Shown: piece by piece, positions 27,961-41,005 of the stretch
Layout of the letters: each line of letters starts with the position of its first letter
Numbering within the stretch: the stretch's first letter is position 1
Assembly: GCF_001194135.2 (NCBI RefSeq)
Contig: NC_068986.1
Span: 8,187,167-8,251,166 of the forward strand
DNA length: 64,000 nucleotides
From: Octopus bimaculoides
Taxonomy: Eukaryota
Reading direction: 5' to 3'
Notes under the pieces: generated by a model
What the model was told of the DNA's origin: nothing
Database searches by the model: none
The model's input: only the letters and a program-made list of their open reading frames with translations
Made by a program: the position numbers and the translations under genes

Positions 27961-28720
27961 ACTCGATGCCAGTCTGTTATAGCACGTGCCGTCATTGTTG
28001 TAGATTTCTGCGTGTTATTTACAAGAGTATGTTGTTTTGGTATAACAATAATGCTTAGGAAAATATTCAACCTTGTATACTATATGTTGAACGCAGTCTA
28101 TGTTAAGTTTCTGCTGTAAAATAATTCAGTAGTTTTTTTTTTTAAACGAGGTTTTTCCCATTATACTTTCTTTCTAACTATTCAACCATCAGAGAGATGT
28201 CTTGCCATTTTACAATAATTACATAATTATTGAGATGGTAACTTCAAGAAAAAACGTGCTTAATTTTGATTATATCTTTAAATGAGAACTTGTTTAGCTT
28301 TTCCAATGATGCTTTTCTCGAGATTAACATCAATTTCGTAGTCGTGAATGGCTGTGCTGTTTGTTGAGACATTTTGTGGTATAGCAACTTTAGCTCAAAC
28401 ATAAATAACACTATGGTCGTGAATGTTTCTTCAATGGATATGATCAGCGGAATAAGCCGTTTATTTGAGGAGATTGCTAGAATTTATTCTGGAGACTCCA
28501 TGAATATTCGCAATGAATAGCATCGCAAGCTAAGCGAGACTATACATATATATGGATATGCATATGCATATATGTGTGTGTGTGCGCGCGCGTGCGTGTG
28601 TGTGAGTGTGTGTATGTATGCACGTATGTATGTATGTATGTATGTGCAAGAATGTGTATCGTCTGTAAAAAACATAAATTCAAAAGAAGCACACTCTAAG
28701 ATGTAGAGCAGTATATATTA

Positions 28721-29400
28721 AAAATGGGGAAAGCCGGTTTATGGGATCATCCTGGGTTTCCCGTCCATAGAGGGTTTAGCTTTATGGCGTATCATCAGAT
28801 CTCAAAACTTTGTTGGCCCAAGACCTATTAATAATATGGAGGAGGAAGAGCTTCACAACTCAAGGGGAACAATTGGGGGTTATCCTCCTTTGCTATTGAC
28901 TATCGACATCCGGCTGTGCCACCAACTTGTGGGTTCCAAAAAGCTAGCAAAACCTCCTGAAATGTAAACGTTCCCTGGTTCGAGTGAGTCCTTTAGGATT
29001 CTCACACGTTCGGCTATGCATAACTTGCAAAGCTTCGTCCAGTTGATATGGAGGCCATGGTACTCGAGGATTTCCATGAGCTCGAGTATGGAATCCCATC
29101 GTCTCTTAGTTGCCAGACGTGGCCGGTCAGTGATGTCACGTATCTCCTTTCCGGAACTCTGAAGGAGAACCTGTGGTTGGACAGACGTTGCTTGAAATTG
29201 TTCCCGGAACATCCAACGTTTTTCCGTAGGCGTGTATTGTCGGTGCTGTATCTGTATCTGCTGGTATTGTTGTTGTTGTTGTTGTTGTTGCCACAGACAT
29301 CGTTGTTGTTGGAGCTGAGACTACTGGCGTTGGCGTCGCTGGGGGGGGGTGCGTCGGTTATGGCATCGCCACTTCCAGTTAGGCGCTGTTGTTGTTGTTG
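28721..29400 (-). mobile_element. Penelope-like element fragment (GIY-YIG C-terminus plus 3' region), left copy of an inverted pair
   Basis: KNVGCSGNNFKQRLSNHRFSFRVPERRYVTSLTGHVWQLRDDGIPYSSSW, then (frameshift) INWTKLCKLCIAERVRIL. Confidence 0.85.
28745..28805 (-). ncRNA. Hammerhead-like core in the PLE 3' region (degenerate)
   Basis: GAGAT-CTGATGA-stem (CGCCATA..TATGGACG)-GAAAC-..-ATCCCA. The cleavage triplet is not canonical. Confidence 0.4.
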
Positions 29401-29494
29401 TTATTGTGGTTCTCGTCATTGGTGGGAGAGTTGTCATTGCTGCTAGAGGTGTCATTACCCGTGGTTCAGCTGGTGTTTCTGCTAGGGCCCCAAC

Positions 29495-29882
29495 ACCAGC
29501 AGATACGAATACAGCACCGACAACACACACCTACTGAGATACATTGCATGTTCCGGGAACTCTTTCAAGCAACGCTGGAGAATCTTAAAGGATCACTGGA
29601 ACCAGGGAACGTCTTTAACAGTAGAACGGAGATTTTCGGGCCATGTTTACATTTCACGAGGTTCCTGCTAGCTTTTTGGGGGCCCACAAGATGGTGGTGC
29701 AGCCGGATGTCGATAGCCAATAACAAAGGGAAATGATTCCCAATTGTTTCCTTTGAATAGTAAGGCATTTCTTCCTCCATACTTTTAAGAGGTCCTGGGC
29801 CAACAGTTTTTGGGATCTGACGACATGCTATTATGGACGGCAAAACCTAAGGGAATTCCATAAACAGATCTTCCCCATTTTC
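29495..29882 (+). mobile_element. Penelope-like element fragment, right copy of the inverted pair
   Basis: YIACSGNSFKQR / LKGSLEPGNVFNSRTEIFGPCLHF. Reverse-complement similarity to 28721-29270 up to the shared terminus TTCCCCATTTT. Confidence 0.85.
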
Positions 29883-30457
29883 GATATACATATATATATA
29901 CATGTATATGTTAAAGTGTATGTAAGAGTGCACGTCTGTTCTTTAAGAATGTATGAAACTCATTATCGTCAAGTGTTACACTGATATCGGCTTCTCACAT
30001 TTCGAAATATTAATGTCTCCGATTGAGAAGGAACACGTTTGTGCGTCTGTTTCAAAATAAATTGGGAGAATATAGAATATGTTTGCTCTTAATCGAAATA
30101 TTAAATTACAGATAAAAATAAGTTAAGAATATTTAAAACTCATTCATGAATATGAATCTCATTTTATGTGCATTGCATTATCACATTTCTACAACTAGGG
30201 TTAAGTATATACAAGAGGAAAACGCAACTTAGATCCCTCCTCGTTTATATAAATATGTATGTGTACATGTGTGTGTGTATGCGCGCGCGAGTGTCTATGT
30301 TTGTGGATTAATATCTATATATATATATATATATGCATGTATATATGTATGTGGATTTATATATATATATATGTATGTGGATTTATATATATATATATGT
30401 ATATATTAATGTGTATATATATAATCATATATATATACACACACATATATGCATGAA

Positions 30458-30493
<36 letters not shown>

Positions 30494-31158
30494 TGTATGT
30501 ATGTATGTATGTGTGTGTATGTGTGTATGGACGTATGAATGTACGTGTGTATGTAAAATTTCAGAGTTGTTATCGTATAAGAAATAATATTAACGTGTTG
30601 CACATTTTACTTCTATCTAATTTCTTTTATGCAAAAACTTGTCAAATACAATTAAAAACCAGGACAACGCTGTTAAATGCATTCCTCTAAAGAAACATAC
30701 ATCAATATATATTTCAAGTATTCATATTTAACAACTAATGCTCGGATTCGAATTTCGAGAAGACAGAACTAATTAATTTTGTAAATAATTGTTTCTTTAC
30801 ATTCAACGCTTCCATAAATATTTTCATTGATGTTTACTGGAATTCAGGTTGCGCGTGAAATTAGCTGCACGGAACACATGCATCGGCAACATATAAGAAA
30901 AGCTTTCGATTGAAGATTATACCATATATGTATATATATGTATATATATATATATATATNNNNNNNNNNNNNNNNNNNNNNNNNNNNNNNNNNNNNNNNN
31001 NNNNNNNNNNNNNNNNNNNNNNNNNNNNNNNNNNNNNNNNNNNNNNNNNNNNNNNNNNNNNNNNNNNNNNNNNNNNNNNNNNNNNNNNNNNNNNNNNNNN
31101 NNNNNNNNNNNNNNNNATATATTGATTCATTTATTACTATATTTATTCATATATGTAC

Positions 31159-31199
<41 letters not shown>

Positions 31200-34100
31200 C
31201 TGTTCATATAATTTTACCTTTCCATATAAGCAAATGCTTTATGTATATGAGTGTGCATGTGCGTTTATACACACACACATACATAAACAAACACACACAC
31301 ATATGCGTATACACGATATTATACAAGCCAGAGACATGTTAAGTATCGTGTAAAACGAGATCGATTTTGGCTTTATAAGACAATTTTGTTCTTAATCTCT
31401 TCATACAGAATGCGCTTAAAGTCTTCATTTAATTTCTATGTTGACGAAACGAAATGATTAAATATCATGCAACACTTATTTATCATAATAGACAGGATGG
31501 CAATATCCGCACGTCTGAAGAATTTTGATTAGAAAATGAAAAACGTTTTCAAATGTACTTCTTGTTTTGTATACTTGGAAGAATCAGCCGGCGGAACGAC
31601 TAAAGAAAATGTGGGAAGGGCGAGGTCAATTAATGAGAGGAAACTCTGGCAACTGGGTTAGTCTGGCTTTAATATACGCGTTGTTTTTCAATCGTTATTG
31701 ATTTCTGATTCTGTTCTGCAAGTTATAACGAAAATAATTGTTGTCATCTCCAAGATATCTGCGTTTGTCAAAAATGTATTTTAGCTCAAAGAAGAGACAG
31801 CAAGAATTTTTGAAGAAGCTAAAAGAAATTAATGCTATGACAAGAGACGAAAGGAAAGTTGTTAGCCCTAAATCGATAAACGCTTTTAAGTAAAATGTGT
31901 ACGAAGCTTTCCATTGGAGTATATTAGAGAAAATGTAACTCAGTTCTGATCGAGTTTGTTCTAATGCTATCAGAGAATTAAGTTGGCGAACTAAAGATCC
32001 AATCAACCATATTCAATATTCCTGGTCATAAGATAAAAATTACTTTACCAAAAATTCCTATAAAATTATATTTGATATCGAACGATTTAAAATGCTTTTT
32101 TGTTTTGCTAATGTTTATTTATACTATAAACATCTAAGAAATTCACTAAAGGTTCATTGAATTTCACATTATCATTCTATTGACGGCTTTTAAAACCGAT
32201 TATACTGACCAAAATCTTTGCATCTCTTTTCCTATATTTAAAACATCTGTAATCGAAACAAGTATAAATAGACTATGACTCTGCTGATGGAATCGAACAA
32301 AACAGAAATATGTTTGTAACTGCCACCATGTTCACAAACAAAGATCAAACTTCACCTTACTTTTGAAATGAGTTCTTAATTTCTTGTCATTAGTTTCTCT
32401 CTTCTTGAACATTTTGATCAAAGAACAAACATATTTTATATTCACTCAATGTATTTTGAAGTAGACATATCAACATGTTCATTTTCATTAGTTTTGTGAA
32501 ATGCGTGAAACCTAAATTCAATTATTACCTGCCCTAAATGATAGAATTATTCTCCGCGGTCCAACCTATACATTATCTTTCAAAAATAAAATTTAAATTC
32601 ATTTAACATAAAATTAGGTATATTTTATGAAAATATTCAATTCACTTTAATCGCTAAATAAAAAAAAAATTAACGTCACATAAGGTAATGACATATGGTT
32701 AAAATGCTTAAATGTTTACAATTAGTTAATCAAAAATAATAACTGTAGAAACTTTGATGAAGTTGGATGATATTAACGAACTCATTTCGAATCGGAAATC
32801 GTTTGCAAACGATTTGTGACACAGAGAACAAGATGATATATTTTAATAAGTTTATTTTCTTTTTCATGTATGACTTCTTTGATGCATTGGAGTCGATGTG
32901 TGCTGGAGAAAAACAGGAAGAATTGACTAACGGAATGGGAACTAATTGAAATGTTTGATATTTCTATGAGTTTACTTTTTAATTTGGTTTGAACTGGTTG
33001 TGATGGGGAAGAAACGACAGCTGATGAGTGGTCATTGAATTGCTAGTTCGGAATAAAATATATATCAATGGTCACAAAGAAGTTATTAAAATCCTGCTCT
33101 CGCTAAGGCATCAGTCACAATGTGAGGCAAAAAAAAATAAACATCCAACTTAACATAGACTTTGTATTTCAATTGTTATTGATTTCTGATTTTTGGTCTG
33201 AAAAGTCCCGACCAATACAATTGTCTTTGTACGTCTGCAATTGCTGTAACTGTATAGCATTAATGAATTTCAATTGTTATGTTTGTAATTATGTACTGCA
33301 ATATTATCAAGACAAAGACACTTCTTATATTGTACTTCATGGCAGTAATTATACTATCAACATTACATTATCGCTTCGAGAATGTTCGAAAGACTGTGCT
33401 GAATGTTTTTTCGCAATATTAGAATTAAAACAAAGGAATAATATATTGATGAAATATCATTAAAGACAAATGTAATAATGGTACGCTTCAACTGATGCAA
33501 AGTATTGGAGATAGTTGAATAAATTTATTCAACCTTATAAATGCTAAAGATTTCAAGTATTGAATAAAATAATTTTATGCTAAAGTAAATGGAAAGTTAA
33601 TGTGAAAGAAAAAAATAGAAATATATCTAATTTTTTAGACAAAAACAAAAGTAGTTCTCGAAAATTTAATTCTAAAATATTTAGTAAATAACGAATATTG
33701 ATGGCGAAAGAAAAATGCAGAAATGAACGCAGTTTCAAAGATAAAAACATGTTGATGCGTCATGGCAACGTACTTAGTAGAGGAGAGAAAATTAAGAAAT
33801 AACTGAAAAGCCTTCTTATAACGAAATAAAGCAGGAATGGTTTGCACAGAGAACAGAATATTACAATCCTGGGTAAGAGGAATGAATTAAAATTTTAACG
33901 ACGAAATGAAACTAGTTTGCGGCGAACTTTCATTAATCATTCATTTCATAAGAAGGGATTCTTGGATTTCTATGGAAAAATATAAGGGATTGTGTTCTTT
34001 CAAATAATTCATAAATAAAGTGATGTAGTTACAAGCAGCTGCCAAACACGTGACACGCACTGATTCCCCCAACCCAGTCTCAGTCATGATGACTAACAGT

Positions 34101-34830
34101 AGCAATGGGGGTTCACACGTTTTTAGAAAGGACATTTAATTATATCCTATTATTTGCGCATATTTCATACACAACTCTACAATACTGTACTGCACTCACA
34201 TCGGAGACGGCGCTACTGCTGCACATATTAAAATCATGAAATTCATTCAGTAAAAAGTCACTCGACTGACTGGTAAGCAATCATTCACCAGCGAACTCCA
34301 TAACCCTGACTCTTAGATGCGATGTGTCCAACTCTCCACTTTTTCTACTACTCATGTGACCTCTGCTCCAAAACGCTGTTTCCTGCATCATCATCTCAGC
34401 TCCTCTGAATTCACTCGTCTTTTATCGCCCATATTTTATTGATTTCCCACCCATCGACATTAAACTAACTCACCTCGTCTGTATACACACACACACACAC
34501 ACGTGCGCATATATATATATATATATANNNNNNNNNNNNNNNNNNNNNNNNNNNNNNNNNNNNNNNNNNNNNNNNNNNNNNNNNNNNNNNNNNNNNNNNN
34601 NNNNNNNNNNNNNNNNNNNNNNNNNNNNNNNNNNNNNNNNNNNNNNNNNNNNNNNNNNNNNNNNNNNNNNNNNNNNNNNNNNNNNNNNNNNNNNNNNNNN
34701 NNNNNNNNNNNNNNNNNNNNNNNNNNNNNNNNNNNNNNNNNNNNNNNNNNNNNNNNNNNNNNNNNNNNNNNNNNNNNNNNNNNNNNNNNNNNNATGTAAA
34801 TATTGGGTGTTGAAAATCTCTTTTAAACAT

Positions 34831-34931
34831 GAAGAAGAAGAAGAAGAAGAAGAAGAAGAAGAAGAAGAAGAAGAAGAAGAAGAAGAAGAAGAAGAAGAAG
34901 AAGAAGAAGAAGAAGAAGAAGAAGAAGAAGA
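34831..34931. repeat. (GAA)n microsatellite
   Basis: Directly visible. Confidence 0.98.
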
Positions 34932-34954
34932 ATGGTGGTGATGATCGTTTCTAA

Positions 34955-35150
34955 TTTTGTGTGAAGGCCAGCAGTTTTGAGGCGAGGACGTTAGTCTATT
35001 GCATCATTCATTCCAGTGCTTTATTTTATCAACCCAGAAACATTGAAAGGCAAACTAGATTTCGGTGACATTTGAACTCAGAACGTAAAGAGCTACGAGA
35101 AATGCTTCTAAGAATTTTGTCTAACATTCTAATGGTTCTGGGAGTTGCCC
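34955..35150 (-). mobile_element. SINE family A, decayed
   Basis: GAAAGGCAAA..ATTTGAACTCAGAACGTAAAG block. Confidence 0.7.
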
Positions 35151-35988
35151 CGTATGAATGGGTCAGGAAAAATACTCAAGGAATTTAGACATCTTTATCA
35201 AGTAAAACTGAAGAGAAAAACCCTTCTTTGGGAATATTATAAACAGGGAACAGTGTGGAAAGAGTTGGATGTCAACTTCTCTAACGCGGCGGGTGAATAA
35301 GCCCGGATTAGTTTGGAAATTAATGATAAATACCCATTTCATTTTTGCATCTAACTTTGAACGCTTCCCCGGCAAAGAAATGACCTTAAAAGAAGAAAGA
35401 AAACAATGTAACTACTCGAATAACAAACCAGAAATTAAATGGAAACCAAATTTAATCGCCCAGAACCGATTGTACACGAAAGAAAATTATAATAATCCAA
35501 TTTTAATGAGTTCAAGTATTTAATTTTTTTGGCAACATAAAAGGGAATTGCAATTCTTTCGCCAATGTGTGACATAGGAAAGAAAACAATCTTGTGGCAT
35601 AAATATATGACCGAAGGAAACATCTCCTCAAATGCGAGTTGGAACTCAGAATGTGGAGTTAGAACTCAGATGCGAGTTAGAACTCAGCATGTGGAAAAGA
35701 AGTGAAATTGAAAGACTTACGTGCAATAAAGCTGTTTATCTTCACATAAAGTGTTTTTGTGGTGTTAAACAGGTTTTTGTAAATGATCTGCAGTTCTGAA
35801 ATGGTGTTATATGTTGTCATTGACCAATTATTTCCAGTGGTGTAAGTTTCAGTGGTCCATTTCAGTGTACCACAAGAGCTGAACCAAAAGAGTGTAATTT
35901 CCGGTTCATGCAAAAGGCGATAAAATGCACAGCACATTCGTGAATATTTGTTTACTTCAGGTCTGGATAAGTTCATGTTAACGATTAT

Positions 35989-36377
35989 TACTACGGCACT
36001 CCGTCGGTTACGACGACGAGGGTTCCAGTTGAATCGATCAACGGAACAGCCTGCTCGTGAAATTAACGCGCAAGTGGCTGAGCACTCCACAGACACGTGT
36101 ACCCTTAACGTAGTTCTCGGGGAGATTCAGTGTGACACAGTATGTGACAAAGCTGGCCCTTTGAAATACAGGTACAACAGAAACAAGAAGAAAGAGTGAG
36201 AAAAAGTTGTGGTGAAAGAGTACGGCAGGGTTCGCCACCACCCCCTACCGGAACCTCGTGGAGCTTTAGATGTGTTCGCTCAATAAACATTCACAACACC
36301 CGGTCTGGGAGTCGAAACCACGATCCTATGACCGCGAGTCCGCTGCCCTAGCCACGGGGCCATTCTGCCTCCACTTG
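35989..36377 (-). mobile_element. tRNA-derived SINE (family C head, shared tail) with 8-bp TSD
   Basis: Closely similar to 57235-57624. ACGATTAT at 35981-35988 and 36378-36385. Confidence 0.92.
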
Positions 36378-36589
36378 ACGATTATAAGTCGATGTTGAAT
36401 ATAATTTCTGAGTAAAAATTCTAATTTTATAGAACATTAATTGCTGCATTCATTAATTTAAATTTATTCATGTAATGTAACAATAATTAACAGAAAATTA
36501 ATTTAAATTGTTGCAACTACTTAATTTTAGAATTCAATTCTAAATAAGAAAATAAACTGTGCTTTTAAGCCACAACATAGAAAGACCTC

Positions 36590-37140
36590 CTTATAGAATG
36601 AATACATTATATTCAGATTTCTTTCTAAAGAAAAGGATGGACTATGGTGCGGATTTTTCACTTAGTACTATATGTTTCAAAATGCTGGCAAATGATTCAA
36701 TGAAACTTGCCAAACAAAACTTTCATTTAGAAAGGTGTCATCAAGAACTTATTAAAAATAATGAAGCTTATTTCAGGCATCTGCGACCAAGTCTCAAGCG
36801 ACAGCGTATTGGCATTCATGGAGCTTTCTGCGAAATGGTCAATAATATAGTTTGCTTCGGAGACGAATTTTAGGAGACGAATCTTCACAGTATCGTCTGC
36901 TAGAAAGATTGTAAGAATTATTTTTGGACAGGCCAACAATAAATATTAAACGATATCCAAAGTTATTTTCCAAAGTTACAGTATCCACACAGGTAAGGAA
37001 GTTGTTAAAGAATATCAACGATTCAGTAATTAATAAACTCATTTGTTTCTCCGTTCTTCTCTTTACAACTTGATCACGTGACTGACATTGTTTTTGACCC
37101 CAGCTACCTGTTCAACGAAAATATCAAAAGTGATTTACTG
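36590..37140 (+). mobile_element. hAT (Charlie/Buster, ZBED5/SCAND3-like) transposase remnant
   Basis: ICFKMLANDSMKLAKQNFHLERCH...LKRQR (BED-finger-like) and QLDHVTDI (first catalytic Asp motif LDE.TD). Frameshifted. Confidence 0.7.
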
Positions 37141-37407
37141 TTCTGTAAATGTCTGCCAACCTCATAGAAGTTGTTTATGTTTTCCCTGGACTGGGAAATG
37201 TCTTGTTGATATTACCATCAATGAGGTATTATCTATGCTAAATTCAAAATCACTATTTTAAACGTTAGTGAAATAAAGAGATCTCCAAGAATAACGTGTA
37301 TGCATTGCCGTCTTTTGGCGAATATGCAAGCAAACTCAGATGAAATCGTAGCCACTAAATATATTCAAAAATCTTTGGTCGCATATTGGTTTCAAGTTGA
37401 AGCAGAA

Positions 37408-37582
37408 GGTCGAGAATTTCAGCGATGGGGGTAACTCTATTACGTCGACCCCAGTGTTCTTATTTAACGGCCCCGAAAGGATGAGAGGTAAAATCGGTAG
37501 TATTTGATCTCAGATCATGAAGAAGGCCGAAATGCCGCTAAACATTTTTTCCCAGCATGCTAACGATTCTGCTGGCTCGCTG
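37408..37582 (-). mobile_element. SINE family A, decayed
   Basis: TCGACCCCAGT..CCCCGAAAGGATGAGAGGTAAA..GAAATGCCGCTAAACATTT..GCTAACGATTCTGC. Confidence 0.75.
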
Positions 37583-37779
37583 TTTTGAATCTTTTGTCAC
37601 ATATTGGTATGAAACATTAGGATTTGCTAATGTGCATTCATGGATTTGTTTACTTATTGTCTTTTTGTTAGGCTGCTTTATATATATTTTATTAGAACTT
37701 ATCCCTTTTAATTTCAGTTAGTCAATACATCTAAGCGTCTTGTGTTATCATCATAAATATTATTAGTCTTGTCCTTCTC

Positions 37780-37955
37780 AAGGCGGCAATTTGGAAGAAC
37801 CATTAACACGCAGCGTTTCATCTGTTTTTACGTTCTGAGTTCAAATCCGCCATCCTCTCGAAGGTCGAAAAAATAAGTACCAGTGAAGTACTGGGGATCG
37901 ATGTAATCGACTATTACCCGAAATTGCTCGCCTTGTACCAAAATGTGAAACCAAT
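37780..37955 (+). mobile_element. SINE family A, decayed
   Basis: TTTACGTTCTGAGTTCAAAT..AAATAAGTACCAGT..TACTGGGGATCGATGTAATCGAC. Confidence 0.75.
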
Positions 37956-38338
37956 ATTACTAATATTGTTGTTGACTTTGTTCTTGACGCTATTATCATA
38001 TTTTTGTTTCTCAGGAGGCAAGTATTTGGTTCACGATTACAAGATTTCTACACCATTTCATGTTTTTCAAGTATTTCTTCCTTCATTCTAATCTTTTGAA
38101 TATTTCGTCATTGATCTTCTGATATTTTTACATTTCTTCCGTTGCCAATTCCATTGATATGTGACCATTTTATTCTCCATACAACCAGACACCTAATTTG
38201 AATTTCTTCAAGTAAAGTCACATGTCTTAGAGAAGACAATGTGACTTCGCTATGGAACTTTAACATAATAGATTGCCCACGATATAGTTAACCCATCATA
38301 AATTTGGCATTATTTTTTATTCCTAATACAGTATTAAT

Positions 38339-38667
38339 TAGGAGCACTCCGTCAGTTACGACGACGAAGGTCCCAGCTGATACGATCAGCGGAGAAGCTT
38401 GCTCGTGAAATTAATGTGCAAGTGGGTGAGTACTCCACAGACACGTGGACCCTTAACATAGTTCCCAGGGAGATTCAGCGTGACACAGAGTGTGACAAGG
38501 CTGGACCCTTTGAATTACAGGTACTGCTCATTTTTGCCAACTGACTGTACTGGAGCAACGTTAAATAAAATGTCTTGCTCAAGGACACAATTCGTCGCCG
38601 GGAATTGAACTCACGACCTTACGATCGTGAGCTGCATGCCCTAACCACTAAGCCACGCGCCTTCACG
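38339..38667 (-). mobile_element. tRNA-derived SINE (family D head, shared tail) with 10-bp TSD
   Basis: Head GGCGCGTGGCTTAGTGGTTAGGGCA..GTGAGTTCAATTCCCGG. CAGTATTAAT at 38329-38338 and 38668-38677. Confidence 0.92.
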
Positions 38668-40699
38668 CAGTATTAATACTTGTCATATCAATAACAAATG
38701 ATTATCATAAGAGTATGTAAAAGTGACCTTAAAATATACGGAATTGCGCTGAGTTTGCAATTGTTATGATGACAATTGTTATGATGACAAAAGTCGTCGC
38801 CATCAATGTCATAATAATTGGGAGGGAGGGCATGCAAAAGTTCCAGAAACTAGCACTGCTGCAATCTGTAAATATGTCTACAACATTCTCACACTGTATT
38901 TACTAAGTTTGGCTTGGACATGTATTGCTTTCTAACAGCATTACTAATGATCATTAAACAGCGATCAGATAATGACAAAGAAAAGCAGAAGCAAATTTAG
39001 AAACTCAAAGAATGAGGAGAATTGTAAAAAAGGAAACCGAACTTAACCAGATGAGAAATAATTCAAGCGGATTTCCTCTCGCCATTCCTTTTGTCTAACA
39101 CAAGTCTGTAATGAATATTGATAACTGAAACCGGATGCAAATGACAATCGTCGTTCTTTATACGGATGCTTTCAGCTGTATACCGCAGATGATAAACAAC
39201 TTGTTGCATAAAGTGCACGGATTCAGTGGAAAGTGGCGTGTAATTTGATTTAGAAAATACGGCAGAATCACCTTGAAGAGTGGAACATTAATAAAAATAT
39301 GTCAGAAATATGTTCAATAAAGATAAAAGAATTATATCAAAGAGAGATTTACAAATAGTACACGTATTTGCAATTTATGAGATAGACTGTATAATACACA
39401 CAGATAAAATGAAAAAAAATATCTATAAAGATTATTATTGAAGCATCATATTAATACTTGGAAAGATTTGAAAAAGAAGCATCATCACGCAGTAATTCAC
39501 CGTGAAGTTATCTAACAAATATAAAGAAGTTTAGATAACATTTTACTTAATATCAAGGAACAAGGTGAGGTAATGCATTGTTAAGCTAAAAGCTAACTTT
39601 TAAATTCGTGATATGTTGTCCTATAAAACATTTGCATTACCTGCACTCAATAAGACTGTACAAACTAGGAATGATTATCGTATTTGTGTAGAAATCCAGA
39701 AATTAAAAACGATGACGACTTAAATTACGACTCAGAGCCAAAGCTTTTTCGTCAGATTTTAACAAAAGTATAAAATGAAGCATGTCTTTAAACAATGAAG
39801 AGCAGAATGTATAGAGACTATGAGGAGACAAGTATATGAAGACTGTGAGAGTAAATATCACAAGCATAACTAATGATATCTAACATAACTAATATAGCTT
39901 ATGATTATTTAAACATAAATAACAGAGTCATTTTTTAATGAAAATTCTGCCGTAGTTAGGTATTAGATACAAAGAAGATACATCGTATCATTACTAATCA
40001 AAAAACATGCTCTCAGTCAGAAGAGTGTAATCCATAGGTGCTCACATGCGGACGGACAAGTTGGCGGCAGCGGTGGCGGCAGAAGCGGTGGCAGCGGCNN
40101 NNNNNNNNNNNNNNNNNNNNNNNNNNNNNNNNNNNNNNNNNNNNNNNNNNNNNNNNNNNNNNNNNNNNNNNNNNNNNNNNNNNNNNNNNNNNNNNNNNNN
40201 NNNNNNNNNNNNNNNNNNNNNNNNNNNNNNNNNNNNNNNNNNNNNNNNNNNNNNNNNNNNNNNNNNNNNNNNNNNNNNNNNNNNNNNNNNNNNNNNNNNN
40301 NNNNNNNNNNNNNNNNNNNNNNNNNNNNNNNNNNNNNNNNNNNNNNNNNNNNNNNNNNNNNNNNNNNNNNNNNNNNNNNNNNNNNNNNNNNNNNNNNNNN
40401 NNNNNNNNNNNNNNNNNNNNNNNNNNNNNNNNNNNNNNNNNNNNNNNNNNNNNNNNNNNNNNNNNNNNNNNNNNNNNNNNNNNNNNNNNNNNNNNNNNNN
40501 NNNNNNNNNNNNNNNNNNNNNNNNNNNNNNNNNNNNNNNNNNNNNNNNNNNNNNNNNNNNNNNNNNNNNNNNNNNNNNNNNNNNNNNNNNNNNNNNNNNN
40601 NNNNNNNNNNNNNNNNNNNNNNNNNNNNNNNNNNNNNNNNNNNNNNNNNNNNNNNNNNNNNNNNNNNNNNNNNNNNNNNNNNNNNNNNNNNNNNNNNNN

Positions 40700-41005
40700 A
40701 ATTCAGCTTAAATTATTTGAAACACAAGCTCGAGACCGTACCACGTGGTGGTGTTCCATCACCATCGGAGTCAAAAACTTCGAAGTTACCAGAAGAGAAA
40801 AGGAAGAAATCAGACGACAGCAGAGAAAGGCTCAACAAAATCAACCTCGTCCCCCACCAACTTTACCATGTAGTCGATGCCGTCATCGACTCTTCTGTCC
40901 AAGAATCGGTCTACAGAGTCATCAACAGCATCACCACAAAGGAACAATTCAGCAAAAGAAGGAAATTCAATTCTCAGATACAAGATAAAGCCGACGATGA
41001 CGGAA
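40700..41005 (+). mobile_element. RTE-clade LINE 3' end
   Basis: ETQARDRTTWWCSITIGVKNFE...RRQQRK...CSRCRHRLFCPRIGLQSHQ, typical of the RTE/BovB C-terminus. Confidence 0.85.

Noticed and set aside
29048-29446. 132-aa + strand ORF, and the 110-aa minus ORF at 28880-29212, as host genes
   Set aside because: They are antisense or off-frame readings of the Penelope-like fragment plus a (GTT)n tract.
31695-32006. 103-aa minus-strand ORF as a gene
   Set aside because: No recognisable motif or splice context; the opposite strand looks more protein-like.
40038-40988. 316-aa ORF
   Set aside because: It spans a 600-N gap, joining a GC-rich simple repeat to an RTE 3' end.
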